From assembly GCF_009914755.1 (NCBI RefSeq), contig NC_060927.1: a stretch of 64,000 nt of DNA, one strand, 5' to 3'. A model generated the notes under the pieces. It worked only from the letters and a program-made list of their open reading frames with translations. It had not been told where the DNA came from and did not search any database. How positions within the stretch are numbered: position 1 is the first letter of the stretch; every line of letters begins with the position of its first letter. The position numbers were made by a program, and so were the translations under genes. Of this stretch, positions 46,190 through 60,761 are shown piece after piece. The stretch comes from the human T2T-CHM13v2.0 reference genome, Homo sapiens.

Positions 46190-48878
46190 TACTTCTTCTT
46201 GTGATGCTGCAGTTAGCCCTGTTTCTCCAGCAACTCTGCGAAGATACTTTGCAACTCAAAGAGACTATAATAAAGATTCATTAGGCTATCATCTGGTCAG
46301 AGTGCTGGAAGAGCTTCTTTGGCTCAACGTTATTACAGAATTGATCTATATGAGTTTATAATGCAGTGGGTATAGGTCAATATAGAAAAGAGATGAAGAG
46401 CATAAACCGTGAAGTCAGAACTGCCAGTATCATCGATTACTAGCTGTACGGCCTAGGACAAACTATTTAATCCTCTGGAACCTCAAATTCCCGTGGACAG
46501 AGTGTGCATAACACTATCCTCTGATAAGATTGCTAAAACGATTACATGAAAAATAAATAAGTAAAGCATTTATTGCCTAGCCCTCAAACATATCTTTATA
46601 AATTATTGTTACTAATTTATAGTATACTACTATAGTTATATTAATTATGTGAATATTATGCATCTCCAGTCGTTAGAGCAAAAAGGGATTACAGGACTCT
46701 GTTTTACAGTTGAGTACCACTCAAAAATCAAACCAGATATCAAAGCTGTTAGAAGTCCAGACTTCAATAATGGGGAGGGAAGAGGAGCATTACCATCCTC
46801 AAAAGGGGAGGAAATAAATGGGATTAAGATAATCTACCTCACAGGATTTTTGTGAGGCTCAAATTGTATGAGATATGTGAAAGTACTTCTTAAGTATTAT
46901 CTGCAACCAACATCACTGATGACTAAGTGCACAGACACAGTCTCTCCATTAACTTAACAGTAGGTGGCACTCTTGTGCTACCTCAGAATTTTTGAAAAGA
47001 CTGTAGGCACACAAAGGCGTTACAGGGACATCTATGTCAATTTTTCATTCCCTCAACAGATATTAAGTGGGTCCCTAAAATAAGCAAAGCACTATGCTAA
47101 GTGGTCAGAACGAAATTTTTTTTTGAATCCAAGACTTACTGTTATGATAGAAGCAAGAAGCAATTAGGGACCTACCCCTGACATCCATTAAAGTCAACAC
47201 CTACATAGCTATATCACAAGAGGTGGAAAATGAGATTAAAATGTATATTTGCTAGCACTTAATAGTTTATAGCCAGTCTAAATAAATTATCAATCTAAAT
47301 AGATTATCTCATTTGATTTTCAAAAGCAAGTAAAATTATGTATGGAGATACTAACCCTGTCTTAGAATGAAGTCAGAACTTTGGGAAAGATCATAATTTT
47401 CCTTCAAAACACTGACAACAATTTGTACTTTTCTATTTTTCTCTGTAACTCCACTTCATCCATTCATTCCACAAATATTTATTAAGTATCTACTACATGT
47501 CAGGTACTGTACTGGGTGCTAGAGATACAGCAATGAATGCAACAGACAAAGACTGTGACCCCTACATTCCAGTAAGGATTTTTTTTGTTTAATATCTGTC
47601 TCATCCAACCAGACTATAAACTCCACAAAGGCAGGACAAGTGCCTGTTTATTCACCTCTCCTTCCCCAGCACTTATGCCAGTACCTGGCACAATAAGCCG
47701 CAAGTGGGCCAGAGTGAGCCCCAGTGACAGCTCAACTAACACTGAGTCAATCAATGAACAGAGAAAACCACGCTTCCCTGGGACAGAAAACATAAACCAG
47801 ACAGAATGGTCATTTCTGGCACAAACTATTGTGAAAAAAGCAAAGAATGATTGGTAAAACAAAATGGTTTTTTTCCTCCCTCTATTCATTGGTTATTCAA
47901 CCAAATAGTTACTGAGTATTTTACTATGTGTCAGACAGTTAGGCATTAAATATAAAATCAAAGATTTTAAAGGGAAACTCTGTCACCAGTAATGGCATGG
48001 GGGCGGTGGTGGGGATAATGGAAACTGGAAGAGAAAAATTAAGATGCTGCCAGATGACAAGTTCAAGCATCCCACAAAGGAGTAATAAACTTTCCCACAG
48101 TCACAAACTAACAGGGAAAGACTACAGTAGAGACACGCTGCAGACCAACCCCTCTGCAGGACTTCAGGGTGAATGTAAAGAGAAGCTCTGCCTATCCAGG
48201 ACAGACTCATCAGGCGTAACAAAGAGACTGAAAAGATCAATTTGCAGTGTTGAGAGAGGGAAAGCCACACACATGAGCTCCAACTGCCCTGGCATGGGCA
48301 TATCTCAGGCAGTGTTAATTCTCTGCCTCTAATGAGATCTGTTTATAACAAGCAGTGGCTCCTAAGTGCCTGGAATGGAAGAACACTACCATCCCTTTCT
48401 AATGAATTCCACGGAGCCATGGGCTCCATCTAACCTCACCAGACTGTGTGAGGATTAACGGAGTTCATGAATGTAAAGCACAGGGAACAGTGCCTGGCAC
48501 ACAGCAAGTGTTTTATACAATGACAATAGTGGATTATTAACACATAGCTATTACAACACTGAGTCCCGCCTGCTCTGCCCTGCTCCTAGAAGAGCAATCC
48601 TGAAAAAGTTATTTAATCTCTTCAAGCCTATTTCTAGGTGGCTGTGTTAAGATAATACATATAAAGTACCTGGGGTACAGTACTGGTAAACAGAAAACAC
48701 TCAATAAATGGTAATCCCAGTGGCCCCTATGCAGAGAGAGAAGCAGCAGATGTCTCTTAAATGCTGTTGGATAACTGGATGTGAGCTTTCTGGTCACCAC
48801 TGTTAGCTTGCCTGGCAGGTAATAAATAATTGTTAATAGGACAGGAAAGGGCAGAAGAACTTTGTCCATCACTACTAG

Positions 48879-49705
48879 TGAGAGGTGAAGCTGGCTGGGC
48901 TTCTGGGTCGGGTGGGGACTTGGAGAACTTTTCTGTCTAGCTAAAGGATTGTAAATGCACCAAACGGCACTCTGTGTCTAGCTAAAGGTTTGTAAACGCA
49001 CCAATCAGTGGTCTGTGTCTAGCTAATCAGGTAGGGGACTTTGAGAACTTTTCTGCCTAGTTAAAGGATTGTAAATGCACCAATCAGCGCTGTGTCTAGC
49101 TAAAGGTTTGTAAACGCACCAATCAGCACTCTGTAAAAACAGACCAATCAGCACTCTGTAAAACGGACCAATCACCACTCTGTAAAATGGGCCAATCAGC
49201 TCTCTGTAAAATGGACCAATCAGCAGGATGTGGGTGGGGCCAAATAAGGGAAAAAAAGCAGGCCACCCAAGCCAGCAGCGGCAACCTGCTTGGGTCCCCT
49301 TCCACGCTGTGGAAGCTTTGTTCTTTCGCTCTTCACAATAAATCTTGCTGCTGCTCACTCTTTGGGTCCGCACTACCTTTATGAGCTGTAACACTGCGAA
49401 GGTCTGCAGCTTCACTCCTAAAGCCAGTGAGACCACGAACCCACCAGGAGGAACGAACCACTCCGGATGCACCACCTTTAAGAGCTATAACACTCACTGC
49501 GAAGGTCTGCGGCTTCACTCCTGAAGTCAGTGAGACCATGAACCCACCAGAAGGGAAGAAACTCCGGACACATCTGAACATCTGAAGGAACAAACTCCAG
49601 ACACACCATCTTTAAGAACTGTAACACTCACCGCGAGAGTCCGCGGCTTCATTCTTGAAGTCAGCAAGACCAAGAACCCACCAGAAGGAACCAATTCTGG
49701 ACATA
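48879..49705 (+). mobile_element. ERV9 solo LTR (LTR12 family), antisense to RYK in intron 6
   Basis: tgagaggtgaagc start, tandem tctagctaaagg/ccaatcag repeats, AATAAA at 49337, U5 repeats, 4-bp TSD ctag at 48875-48878 and 49706-49709. Confidence 0.93.
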
Positions 49706-51291
49706 CTAGCATATTGCAACTTTATTAAAAACTTCATAAAATGCCATTTACTATACGTAGGGCTCTGTTTTAAGAGCTTACTGTATTTCATTAAAACCTC
49801 ACAACATACCTACTAGGTGTGTATTTCTGCTTTACAGAGGAGAACTGAGACACACATAGGCTATATAACTTAATCCATGTAGCCCATAAAACTAGTAAAC
49901 AGAATAGCCAGGCTTCAAACAGAGATGGTCTGGCTCTAGAGTCCGTACTCTTGACCACTAGACTATGCTCTGAAAACGTGATAATATAAGCTGGTTTTAC
50001 TCAGGTAATGTCTGGAAACTTTTGCCTGAAAACTAAAGAGAACTGGAACACCAATTCATGGATGGTAACTAATTATTTCAGCAGGCAGAGGTAGATGCCC
50101 CATGGAATCTGAAAGTTATTGCAAAATTCTGGCCTATGTGGGCTCACAGCCCTAGCACGCATGCAAGCATTCAAGGAAAACGCAACTCTCTGGCTATATC
50201 AAGACTGACCTCCAAATGTCATGCTCTTCAGTCACCTCTCTACCTGTATCCTCTCTCAAAGTCCTATCAAAATGTTCCCTCAATCGCTTCCAAATGCCAT
50301 TTCTTCCCCTGTAAAATCTAAACCTAACTTCACCACCATCATGTACACAAAACATATTCTGAAACAAATCATATATGTACTTCCTTCTCATTCGTATCCC
50401 TTTTCTCTTCTTTCTCCACACAGAAATGGAAAATAAAACAGTGGGGACAAAGAGTACTAAGGGGCAGGTATTGAATCCAACCAGCTCCCTTCCCCTTCAT
50501 ATTCTTACGCCACAAATATGCTTCCCAGCTGCATGTTAAGACTAATTAGGACTGGTGACTCAACAATGAGTAAGACACACTGCTCCCTAACTGGAAAAAG
50601 CTTACATTCTAAAGGTAAGACAATTACACAAAAAATTATAGAAGAAAAAGTGCAATAACTGCTACGAGAGAGAGAGAGACAGAGACAGAGACAAAGAGAA
50701 AGGGGTGTTTGGGAGGCTTAGAAAAGACTTCATGAAAGAGACAGCAATGGAGCTGGAATTTGAAGAACGGACCAAGTTTGGACTGGTGGAAAATGCATGG
50801 AGGCTTGTGGGAAGAAGAAAGCATGAACAAAAGTCCTGAAGGGCAAAGTGTGGGGCGAAAGTGAGGAATAAGTGATCATTTGACTGGAGCGCAAGTAAGG
50901 ATACAGCAATAAGAGGAGAAAAGGTTCAAAGAGTATGGATGATACGTCTCCACATAAAGGAGGGCTTTCAAAGAAGTCACAAAGCTGGGGCATGTCTTCA
51001 GGCAGCAACTGGAAATCACAGAGGAGGGAAGTAAGAAGTGTTTGTTATGAAAATAAACCTATCATTCCATCTGTACCTCTCACCCTAACTTGACTATAAT
51101 GTCCTCCTTGTCATCTCTGACTCACTGAGGCTGGACAAGCACCTTTTGTATTCACACACTTTACTATACATATCACAGTCATCAAATTACATACTTTTAT
51201 AATTACAGGTTAATGTAAAAGATTAAAATCTTGAAACTATAAAGTATATCATTCTTTCTTTCTGTTCCCAGCACTTAGCATAGTATCTAAC

Positions 51292-51472
51292 CCAGTATAT
51301 CTCAAACTGGCTGTACATTAGAATCATCCAGGAAGCTTTATGAAAAATACTGATCCCCAAATACTACCACAAACCAACTGCATCAAAATCTCTGGAAGGT
51401 GGACCCAAATACCAGTATGTTTTCAAAGCTTCTCCTTGACTCTAATGTGTAACCAGGTTGAGAACCAATGGT
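51292..51472. mobile_element. MER5A-like DNA transposon
   Basis: cagtatatctcaaactggctgtacattagaatcatc...ggttgagaaccaatg. Confidence 0.7.
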
Positions 51473-51874
51473 TTAAATCAGAGCAGGTGCTCAATACATG
51501 TTTACTGGATGGATGGAGGGAGGAAGAGAGAAAGGGAGAATGATGAAGGCAAGATCTAGAAGGAAGAAACAGGGCTATTTTGAAAAGGCAATGGTCTGAG
51601 GTAGAGTCATGTCAAAGGGAATAGAAAAAACTACTTGTTCTCCACTTCTTCCTCAACAACTAAAAAACTAATTTCTGACTTCTTAATTTTTAAAAAATAA
51701 AAATAAAATCAGAGAAACCAGAGACAGTGATTAGGTCATCTTATTTTTCCTTTGGCTGGGGCTTAATCATCCTCCCTCCTTTCCCTGCACCACTGTGCAT
51801 CGATGTGTATGGGCTCCCACATATATACAAATAACTGCTTTCATTTTTTTTCTTTCCCAAAATATGTACAATAC

Positions 51875-52019
51875 CTGTCATCCAGTTCAATCCTTTTCAT
51901 ACTATGAAGGTGCAAAACAGCTAATATTATTGCTACGAGAAATATTACTGCACAACAAACCCCTACACTAATATAAAACACACGCGTAGAAGTGGTTGGA
52001 GCTGCATGTACAGGATCAT
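51875..52019 (-). CDS. RYK: RYK exon 6 (transmembrane helix)
   Basis: Encodes DPVHAAPTTSTRVFYISVGVCCAVIFLVAIILAVLHLHSMKRIELDD; AG/GT ends; 145 bp. Confidence 0.97.
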
Positions 52020-52209
52020 CTGAAATAAAAACAAAAAGCACATTTAGCTTTTTAAACAAATATGACTGCTTTGTGACCCAATATACATAAATAAGTATTC
52101 TGTTCTTTTCATGTGCCCATTCTTTGTAAGATCAGTTACCAGTAGCATATTGGTGGAAGTTCACATAATTTTTTTGATGTTTTTGTTGTAGTTTAAAAAA
52201 AATATTTTA

Positions 52210-52780
<571 letters not shown>

Positions 52781-52888
52781 TAAAAAAAAGAAAGAAAAAA
52801 GATTTTAAATAGAATTTTTGGCTAATGAGTATAACAGTCACTCACAAGTGGTATACATAAAACATACCAGTGCATAAAATATACTACA

Positions 52889-53117
52889 GCAGTGCTGTCC
52901 AACAGAACTTTCTGCAGTGACGAAAATGTTCTCTAGAGTACTGTCCAATACAGTAGCCACTGGTCACCTGTGGCTATTAAGCATTCAAATATAAGTACAA
53001 CTAAAGCTACTGAAATGTAGTTAGTAAAACTGAGGAACTGATGTTTTAATTTTACTTCACTGTAATTAAAGTTAAAAAGCCACATGTGGCTAGCAGTTAC
53101 CATACTAGACAGTGCAG
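52889..53117. mobile_element. MER3 (hAT-Charlie)
   Basis: ctgtccaacagaactttctgc...gccacatgtggctag...tagacagtgcag. Confidence 0.8.
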
Positions 53118-53335
53118 ATCTATATATTCTTCATATTTCTTCAACAACAATGTTTGGGTTAGAGGAATCAGACATCATTTTGTTGCCAGGGACCACTGAC
53201 TCACAGAAGACTGAGTGACAGAAGGGTCCACAAGTTTATAAAAACATTTATTCTTTTTTGAGAGTACAACAGAAATTGTTTTGCTTTTCTGTTTTTAAAG
53301 GCTCTATTCATTAAATAAAATGATACTCAGCTTTA

Positions 53336-53678
<343 letters not shown>

Positions 53679-53723
53679 GAGAGACAAAAAGAAAGCCTCA
53701 GCAACAGGGAAAATAACCCAATG

Positions 53724-53741
53724 ACACAGCCACAGCCACAG

Positions 53742-53781
<40 letters not shown>
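53724..53781. repeat. (ACAGCC)n-(CA)n compound microsatellite
   Basis: Directly visible. Confidence 0.9.
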
Positions 53782-53784
<3 letters not shown>

Positions 53785-53929
53785 GAAGCAAACTGAGAAA
53801 AAACACACAGCAAGATACAAATGACATAAGCAGGCAGAGTGGAAGATGCAAACAGAAGTAGAACTGGTGTGACTGGAGATTCATGAAAGATTTGATCACG
53901 AGTACTCACATCATAACTCTACTGAACAA

Positions 53930-54460
53930 AACTTGAGGCATTTGGGGTTTATCCTAAGTGAGATGGGGGATCATTGCAAGGTTTCAAGCAAAGCAATTTC
54001 ACACGGTCACTTAACAAAAAATGACTGCATGATGTGTGAAGAATGCCGTGTAGGGGAGCAAGAGCAGAAGCAGGGAACAAGTTAGAAGGTTACCAGAGTA
54101 ATTCAGAGAGACAGCACTGGCTTGGACAAGAGTGTCACAGTGAAGATGAGAAGTAAGTGGATTTGGGAACACAGTCAACATACCTTACTAATGGATTGTA
54201 CCAAAGTAGAAAGAAAAAGAAGAATGAAAAGTTTTGGCTCAAGCAATAACTTGGATAAGGGTAACTTTACAAAGATAAAAATAAGCAGGTTGGGGATGTG
54301 AAAATCAAGAGTTTTGCCCAAGTTAAATTTGGAGTACCTAGTCTACTAACTAGGTACCTCATATCTCCATGCACAGACGTTAAACTGACAGATATACAAG
54401 TTTGGAGTTCTGGGGATAGGTCAGGATAAAAGATAAAACTTACAGCTTTCAAAAACACAT
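53930..54460 (-). mobile_element. L2 fragment
   Basis: Purine-rich antisense L2-like motifs (gttaaatttgga, gatatacaagtttggagttc). Confidence 0.65.
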
Positions 54461-55394
54461 GGAAATAAGAAAAATAAAACTTTTCTAAAATTTAACCTTC
54501 CTATCAACAAACAATAAATCAGAACAGATTAACGTAGAGACCAAATGACTTCTAGGGCAGCTAGACTTGGCTGTAGCCTGAATGAAGGCATGACTTTCAT
54601 CAAGAATTACCTTATGCCACAGGAAAGCTATTCAATCTTGGGAGGGACAGAAAAAAATTCTGAATTCTGGAGGCATATGTTAGCAGTACTGTCCAAGCAC
54701 TTTCCAGAGCAGAGCCAAGGATACGGCTCTGCTGGGCAGATCCCCCTAGATGCGCCCTGCTCAATTACCTCCAAATTCCAGGCTTTCCTATGCATTTTTC
54801 CCATTCCCTCATTCATCCTTCATTTGCCACCATCTGGTCACCCTTCAGCTCTCAGAAGAGCTGTCACTGTTCTCAGGAAGCTATCCTTGGGTTCCCAAAT
54901 CCCCTGTGCTTGCCTTATCATAGCTTGCCATGCTATGTTGGTATCATTGCCTATATTGCCTCGTCTATTTCTCCCACTACATTATAAACCCCCGAGGAAA
55001 GGATCTCTTTGCTCACAGTTTAGTCCTCTGCTTCAGTCATACCGCCTAACACACCACAGACTCTCCATAGGTACTGGGTGGATGAATAAATAGAAAGGGC
55101 GGGAAGATGAGAGGCAGCAAGGAAGACACAGACAGAGGCCAAGAATATGCAGTACTGCTCTTTGTGAGAAGTAATATCCTACTAGCATAAAAGAAATGGG
55201 CAAAGTCACCAGAATTTTAAAAGTAAACTTTGGCAACAGTGACATTTTTTTTAATGTTTTTTCTTTCTTTTCAGAAATATTCCAGCAAGTAGACGATATG
55301 TCACATTATTTTACAGGCAAAAAAATTCCCCTTTGGGACATCCAGATACTCTGTGCCTCCCAAGGTGATGAAAAGACAAAATAGGCAGCACAGA

Positions 55395-56040
55395 GTACCT
55401 ACCATCTATGGACTATTCTTACCAAAAGAGTTGGTTCTAAATCTAATCAAGTGCAAAATCTATCTGCCAGTTTACAGAAAAACAAACAAACAAACATGTT
55501 CAATGATTTCAGGAAGATGCAGAATGTGGGAAATTCTATGGGACAAATGACATAATTTCTTCAATAAATAAATAATATTAATAAAAGGGTTGGTGGTTTC
55601 TGATTAATACAAAACATATATCACCCCAACAGTTGTGTAGGCTTCATTTGGATCTTGATTCAGGAGGAAAAAAAGACATTTTAAAGACAATCGGGTTAAT
55701 TTGAACATGGACTATCTATTGGAGATACTAAGCAACTGCTGTTAATTTTGTTATATGTGATAAATCAAAATGAATAGGTATTAGGTGATTGTGGGGGTTT
55801 TTTAAAGGCCCTTTTAAAGGAGATCTACCCTGAAATATTTATGGGTGAAATAATCTGATGCCTGGGATGTGCCTGAAAATACTCTCCTCCACCCCTAACC
55901 AACCACAAAAGGAGGGAATCAATGGAAGAACAATGGCAAAGTGTTGATCATTACTGAGGCTGGGGGATGGGCACATGGGAGTTCATCAAAGCGTACTCTG
56001 AACTTTTATATACTTGAAGTTTTCAAAACCAATTTTTTAA
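55395..56040 (+). mobile_element. Old L1MC/ME 3' region
   Basis: tttggatcttgattca, tgaaatatttatgggtgaaat, tgggggatgggcacatgggagttcat. Confidence 0.65.
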
Positions 56041-56625
56041 AGTCTACTTGCATGAAGAGAATCTAGTATCCTTTTAAGATACTGCTATTAACACTACCGC
56101 AAGAAGAGTAAGACCTAACGATGTCTTCATGTCAGAAAAAAAAAAGAAGTTTGTAATAATATCTAAACACAACCAATACCAAAAAATAAAAATCTACTTT
56201 GCATACCTGCTCTGTAGGTTTAAGTAACATAATATCTTTAAGCTTACACCTTCACCTGGATGAAATTAGCTTAAGATTAGGTCCAGACTGCAAGCCAGAT
56301 TTTCTAACCCTCTGCTAATAAAGATCTTACACATATTTCATGGTCATACTTTAATTATGACTACTCAAAAATATATGATATTCTTGCTTGTAAAACTTTT
56401 TAGCTTACTCGTTACAAAATACGTATAAATTTTAGTTCTCAAAATATTCAATATTCTAACAGTTTCATGACCTATCCACCAGTCTACAAAGCACCAGCAA
56501 AATAACAGCATGGTGTCATTATCATTTGATACCATGAGGCCTCCAAGCTTCATGCAATCATGTTTATATGCAGTCAACCATTTTTCATTTCTAATAATGG
56601 ATAAAGATAATACAGTAACACTTAC

Positions 56626-56679
56626 AAATAGTTCTGCTAGTGTTTTTGTCCAAGGCTGAAGTTTTTACTTCTTCAAGTT
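56626..56679 (-). CDS. RYK: RYK exon 5 (extracellular stalk)
   Basis: Encodes LEEVKTSALDKNTSRTI; ttcag| and |gtaagt; 54 bp; not in ORF track. Confidence 0.95.
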
Positions 56680-58848
56680 CTGAATTTAAAGGAGAAAAAT
56701 GATGCTTTAGAAATTCTCTTTTCCATGAAAATCCTTAATTACTATAATTATCAGAACATTGCTGGAACTCAGCAACAGGTATGTGTTGCGAGATAATGAA
56801 AGCTATGTTACTATTCTGATAATCACCACTACAGTCACCAATCAATAGTCTATACCACTGTTAGCCAAAGGGTGTTACTTCTAGATGCTCAGTGAAAATG
56901 TTCCTATGATCAAGAAGTTTGGGAAAAGCCACATACTATAGTGTCTCTTTGGAGCTTCACAGTGAACATTAGAATATAAAGACTGAAAGGAGTTATGGGG
57001 TCACAAAACTTGTCTAACCCATAATTCCCATCCTCATATGATAAAGGAAACTTTTCTTGCTAGTAACACCTACTAACATTCCATATAGTACAGATGTTTT
57101 CTGTTGCAGACAGTTTTTGAAATATAGTAGGCTGGAAAACCAGATAAATAAATACATTAGGATCACATAATAAAGTAAGAGTCATGAGCCTGAACTGGAT
57201 GACTAGGGTGGCCAAAACCATGACCAACAAATACAGAGGGCCAGAGAAAAACTTAAGTCTAAAACAGAATAGAAAATTACTCCAACACAGAATTTTAATG
57301 TTAATTTCACACACATATTAAAGAAAATGGAGAAAGTATGTGACCATTTTGAGTATCAGCTGATCATTAACCTTAGCAGATATTAGCACTGGTGGGATCC
57401 AGAGGCCACACCATGTCTGGTTATCATTCTGCCTTACTTAAGAGTAACAGATGAAGCACCATGGTACAGTCATGCCCATCTCTCTGAGGATAAGGAACTG
57501 AATGTTTTACACTCCTCACTGGCTAGCTGTGGTAGCCTAGGTGGCCAAGGGTCCAATCTCCTTATATCAAATATATAATGACTACATTGGAGTAGAGAGT
57601 CTCTGAAATCTCCTTTGTCTTTAACATTACATGGAAGTTGGTATATAACTGAATATAGTAGAACTGAAAATTGTACCAAAACACTAAAGCTGAAAGATGC
57701 TAACTCTTCTTTCTTAAAATGTCTATTCAAATGTAGTGCAGCTTTTTTATTGGCATGTACCCAGACATTAGCCAATTCAACTCACTTGTTGGCCTTAGGT
57801 GTTTTCATAACACTCAGCACTGATTTCAATTGGGAAATTTATTAAAAGAAAGTTTAACAAAGAGGCTGAGAGAACAGGTCTGCATCCTAGCTGCACCACT
57901 TAGCTATCTGATCTTGACAAGCTAGATTCTCTGAAGCTCAGCTTCCTTTTCTGAAAATGAAGACAATGAGAGAACCCATTGCCTAGGGTTGCTGTAGGGA
58001 TTAAACAGGTGTAATACCTATCAAGCACTTAGAACACAGTAAGCACTGAGGGTTTGCGAGGTTTTTTTAAAGTATATTTCCCCCCCCCATCTTAGATACT
58101 AACCAATTCTACCTACGTGACCTTGTAAATTTGGGTCACTGTAGCTTTGTGGAACTTACAGTGAGTGGGTTGAACTAAACTTGTAAGGAGAACTCTAAAA
58201 TTCTTTGATTTATGACCTAGCATGCTGGAACTCTTTCATATCCACTCGATTTCTTCAGTAACAGATAATTCAAAACCAAAAAGAACTAACTTTGCTAAGT
58301 ACCCACATACGGTATTCTAAGTTTTAGGCTAGATTTAATGAACCGTAAAAAACAACAAACCTCTGAAACAGGTATTATGCCCATTTTACAGATGAAAAAA
58401 CTAAGCCTCAGAGAGGTTAAGTAACTTGTATCAATATCCTGAAAAGAGCAGAGCTGCCATTCCAACCCAGGTCTATCTCACCCGAGAGCAATGCTTCTGC
58501 ATAAAAGTAACTTGATAAGGGAAACACAGTTAACATAGTTACTCAGAAGTCCCAACAGATTTTTCTTATTTCTTTACCTCTTCAACCATTTTAGCACTAT
58601 TCCTAATGGAAAACATCTTAGCAATTCTGACAAAAGATTTGAGAAAGCATGGACTGAATGAGGCCTGAGTGAGATTCTTGGCTACCAACCATCTGGGATT
58701 ATCTCAAAACTTCACCTGCCAGTGCTCTTTTCTCACTTGCAACTATAATCATGAGTTGGACATACTTAAATCTGTGAAAAAACAACAAACTCTATTTTTC
58801 ACCTTCTCACATACATGTAAAACATATTTTGGTAAATAAATTCCTTAC

Positions 58849-58983
58849 TTTTGTAGCACATTTTCCTTCGTTTAAAATTTAAGACGGTAAAATTTTTTGA
58901 AGAATTTACTGTCAAGTTGAGCTGCATTAGTATCATAACTTCAGAATCTACTTTGCCAGTACAGGAAAGCTCTACCCGAAACA
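58849..58983 (-). CDS. RYK: RYK exon 4 (WIF domain end, KRRK tetrabasic site)
   Basis: Encodes FRVELSCTGKVDSEVMILMQLNLTVNSSKNFTVLNFKRRKMCYK; AG/GT ends; 135 bp; in phase with neighbours. Confidence 0.97.
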
Positions 58984-60661
58984 CTGTTTAAAAAAGATAA
59001 GAAAAATATTTTACATTTTCTAAAAATCAACATTAATGCCCCAAAATGATTCTTTTAAACATTTTAGAATTACTTATTTTTGCTGCAAGAAAACTAAAAG
59101 TAATACATTTAAATAAAGTAACTAAACAAAAGTTTTTAGAGATCTTCAGACTACCACACCTCTAGACATTAAGCATTTAATTCATTATGGATATAAAAGT
59201 TAGTATTAAAGAACAAACCAAGACATCAATGAAGAGATAATTGTTTTCAACTTCTGCTCATTGTTTTTAATACACCACTTTGTCTCATAAGTCCTGCTAT
59301 TCCAGTACACTAAAACTGAAGGATCATAAGGCAAACCTTAACAGACACATCAGCAATAGTAACAACAGAAATTACATGATCAAATGGAAAGACAACTCAC
59401 TACCAAAATGCAAGTATGTCTGCTCTTAATAAAAAGATTAAATATAAACCTGTAAATGAATCTGATAAATTGTCAGCTATCACCTTTCTCAACAGAAATT
59501 GATTTTAATCCATAATTGTAACAATGGGATAACAGACTTCAGTGCATATAATTTTTTTCCCCAATCTTTAAGATTCTTTTCCTACAAATTTAAAACCTAT
59601 CATTCTACCATCTGTATGACTGCATTAAAGATATGGGCATTTCTAAATTCCTTTACTGCCCATAAAAATTTAAGCAGCCCTCCTGTGCTTTATTTAAGCT
59701 TAATGTATGTCACTGATAACAGTGAATATGACTGCCAGAAAAAGTTTCACAACACTATTGTGGCTGATACTTTCAATTTTTAAAAATATCCATTTCTTAC
59801 AAATACCACAACTTCAAGAGCCTAAGAAGTTAGCTCAAAAGCAGTTAAATTGGTGTAAATAATACACTTATTCATTTACTCAGACTGTACTGAGTGCCTA
59901 TCCTGCACCATACTCTATGCTATGCATCAAGGGAATTGCTAGATATGTAATCAGTGCAAAAACAGTTAAATATAAGGTTCTAAGGGGTAGGAAGAATAGA
60001 AGTTAACAAATGAAAGAAGAGAAGGTGGCAGAAAAAAGACAGTGCAGATCTTGAGTCTTGCAGAATGAGTAGGATGAATAGAAAGGAGTTCACGAGCAGA
60101 AAGAGGAAAAGATGATCCCAAATACTGAGACCAGCACATGCAAAGGCTTGAAGATCAGAACTGCATGTAGTCTGGAACTGCTACAACTCTGGGGCAAGTG
60201 CAGCAACAAGGCTAGACAGGCAGGCAGGGGCAGATGGTAAAGGATCCAGGACACAAGGTGGTGAGTCTGGAATGTTCAGTTGATGGGAGTGGAGAGCACT
60301 GATGGGCTTCACGTCACAGGGTCAAACATGACCGTGCAAAGATCATCTGGGCCACAGGGTGAAATGTGGTGCCTAATCAAAGGGAAACAAGATCAGGCAT
60401 AGGGACTCATGTGGAGGTAAGTACCAGCAATGCAGAAAAAGAGACAGGGAGGGCGGAGCACAGAGAGTTCCAGAAGGACAGAAAAGAGAGAATGGTTTAA
60501 GAACACAGTGCAAATATTTACAAAAATTACTTTTCACAGTACTCATACATCTTATGCCTATCAAGTAATACACACTACACATCAGTAAACTTCTGTTTTG
60601 GGGCCATAGGGGATGCAGTTGAAAAAGTATGTTAACTCTGTCTTTGAAGACTCTTACTTAC

Positions 60662-60761
60662 CTGATAAAGTGCGTGGAACTTCCCCCTGAACAGAAATGT
60701 TGACCTGGGGCATATCCATTGCCAAAACATTGTCCACTTGGAATCCCAGCTTATATTCAAC
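60662..60761 (-). CDS. RYK: RYK exon 3 (WIF domain)
   Basis: Encodes VEYKLGFQVDNVLAMDMPQVNISVQGEVPRTLS; cag| acceptor and |gtaagt donor; 100 bp. Confidence 0.97.

Noticed and set aside
49023-49712. Several ORFs and regular short repeats that look array-like
   Set aside because: These are the U3/U5 tandem repeats of LTR12; there are no unique spacers, and this is primate DNA with no cas genes.
51841-51874. Exon 6 read-through giving a kinase-less receptor ending RYCTYFGKEKK
   Set aside because: The donor is weak (gtattg), but I found no clear nearby minus-strand poly(A) signal, so the sequence alone does not support it.
54545-55093. Longest ORF in the track (182 aa, plus strand)
   Set aside because: No recognisable domain or supporting gene structure; partly overlaps old repeat-like sequence; likely a chance antisense intronic ORF.
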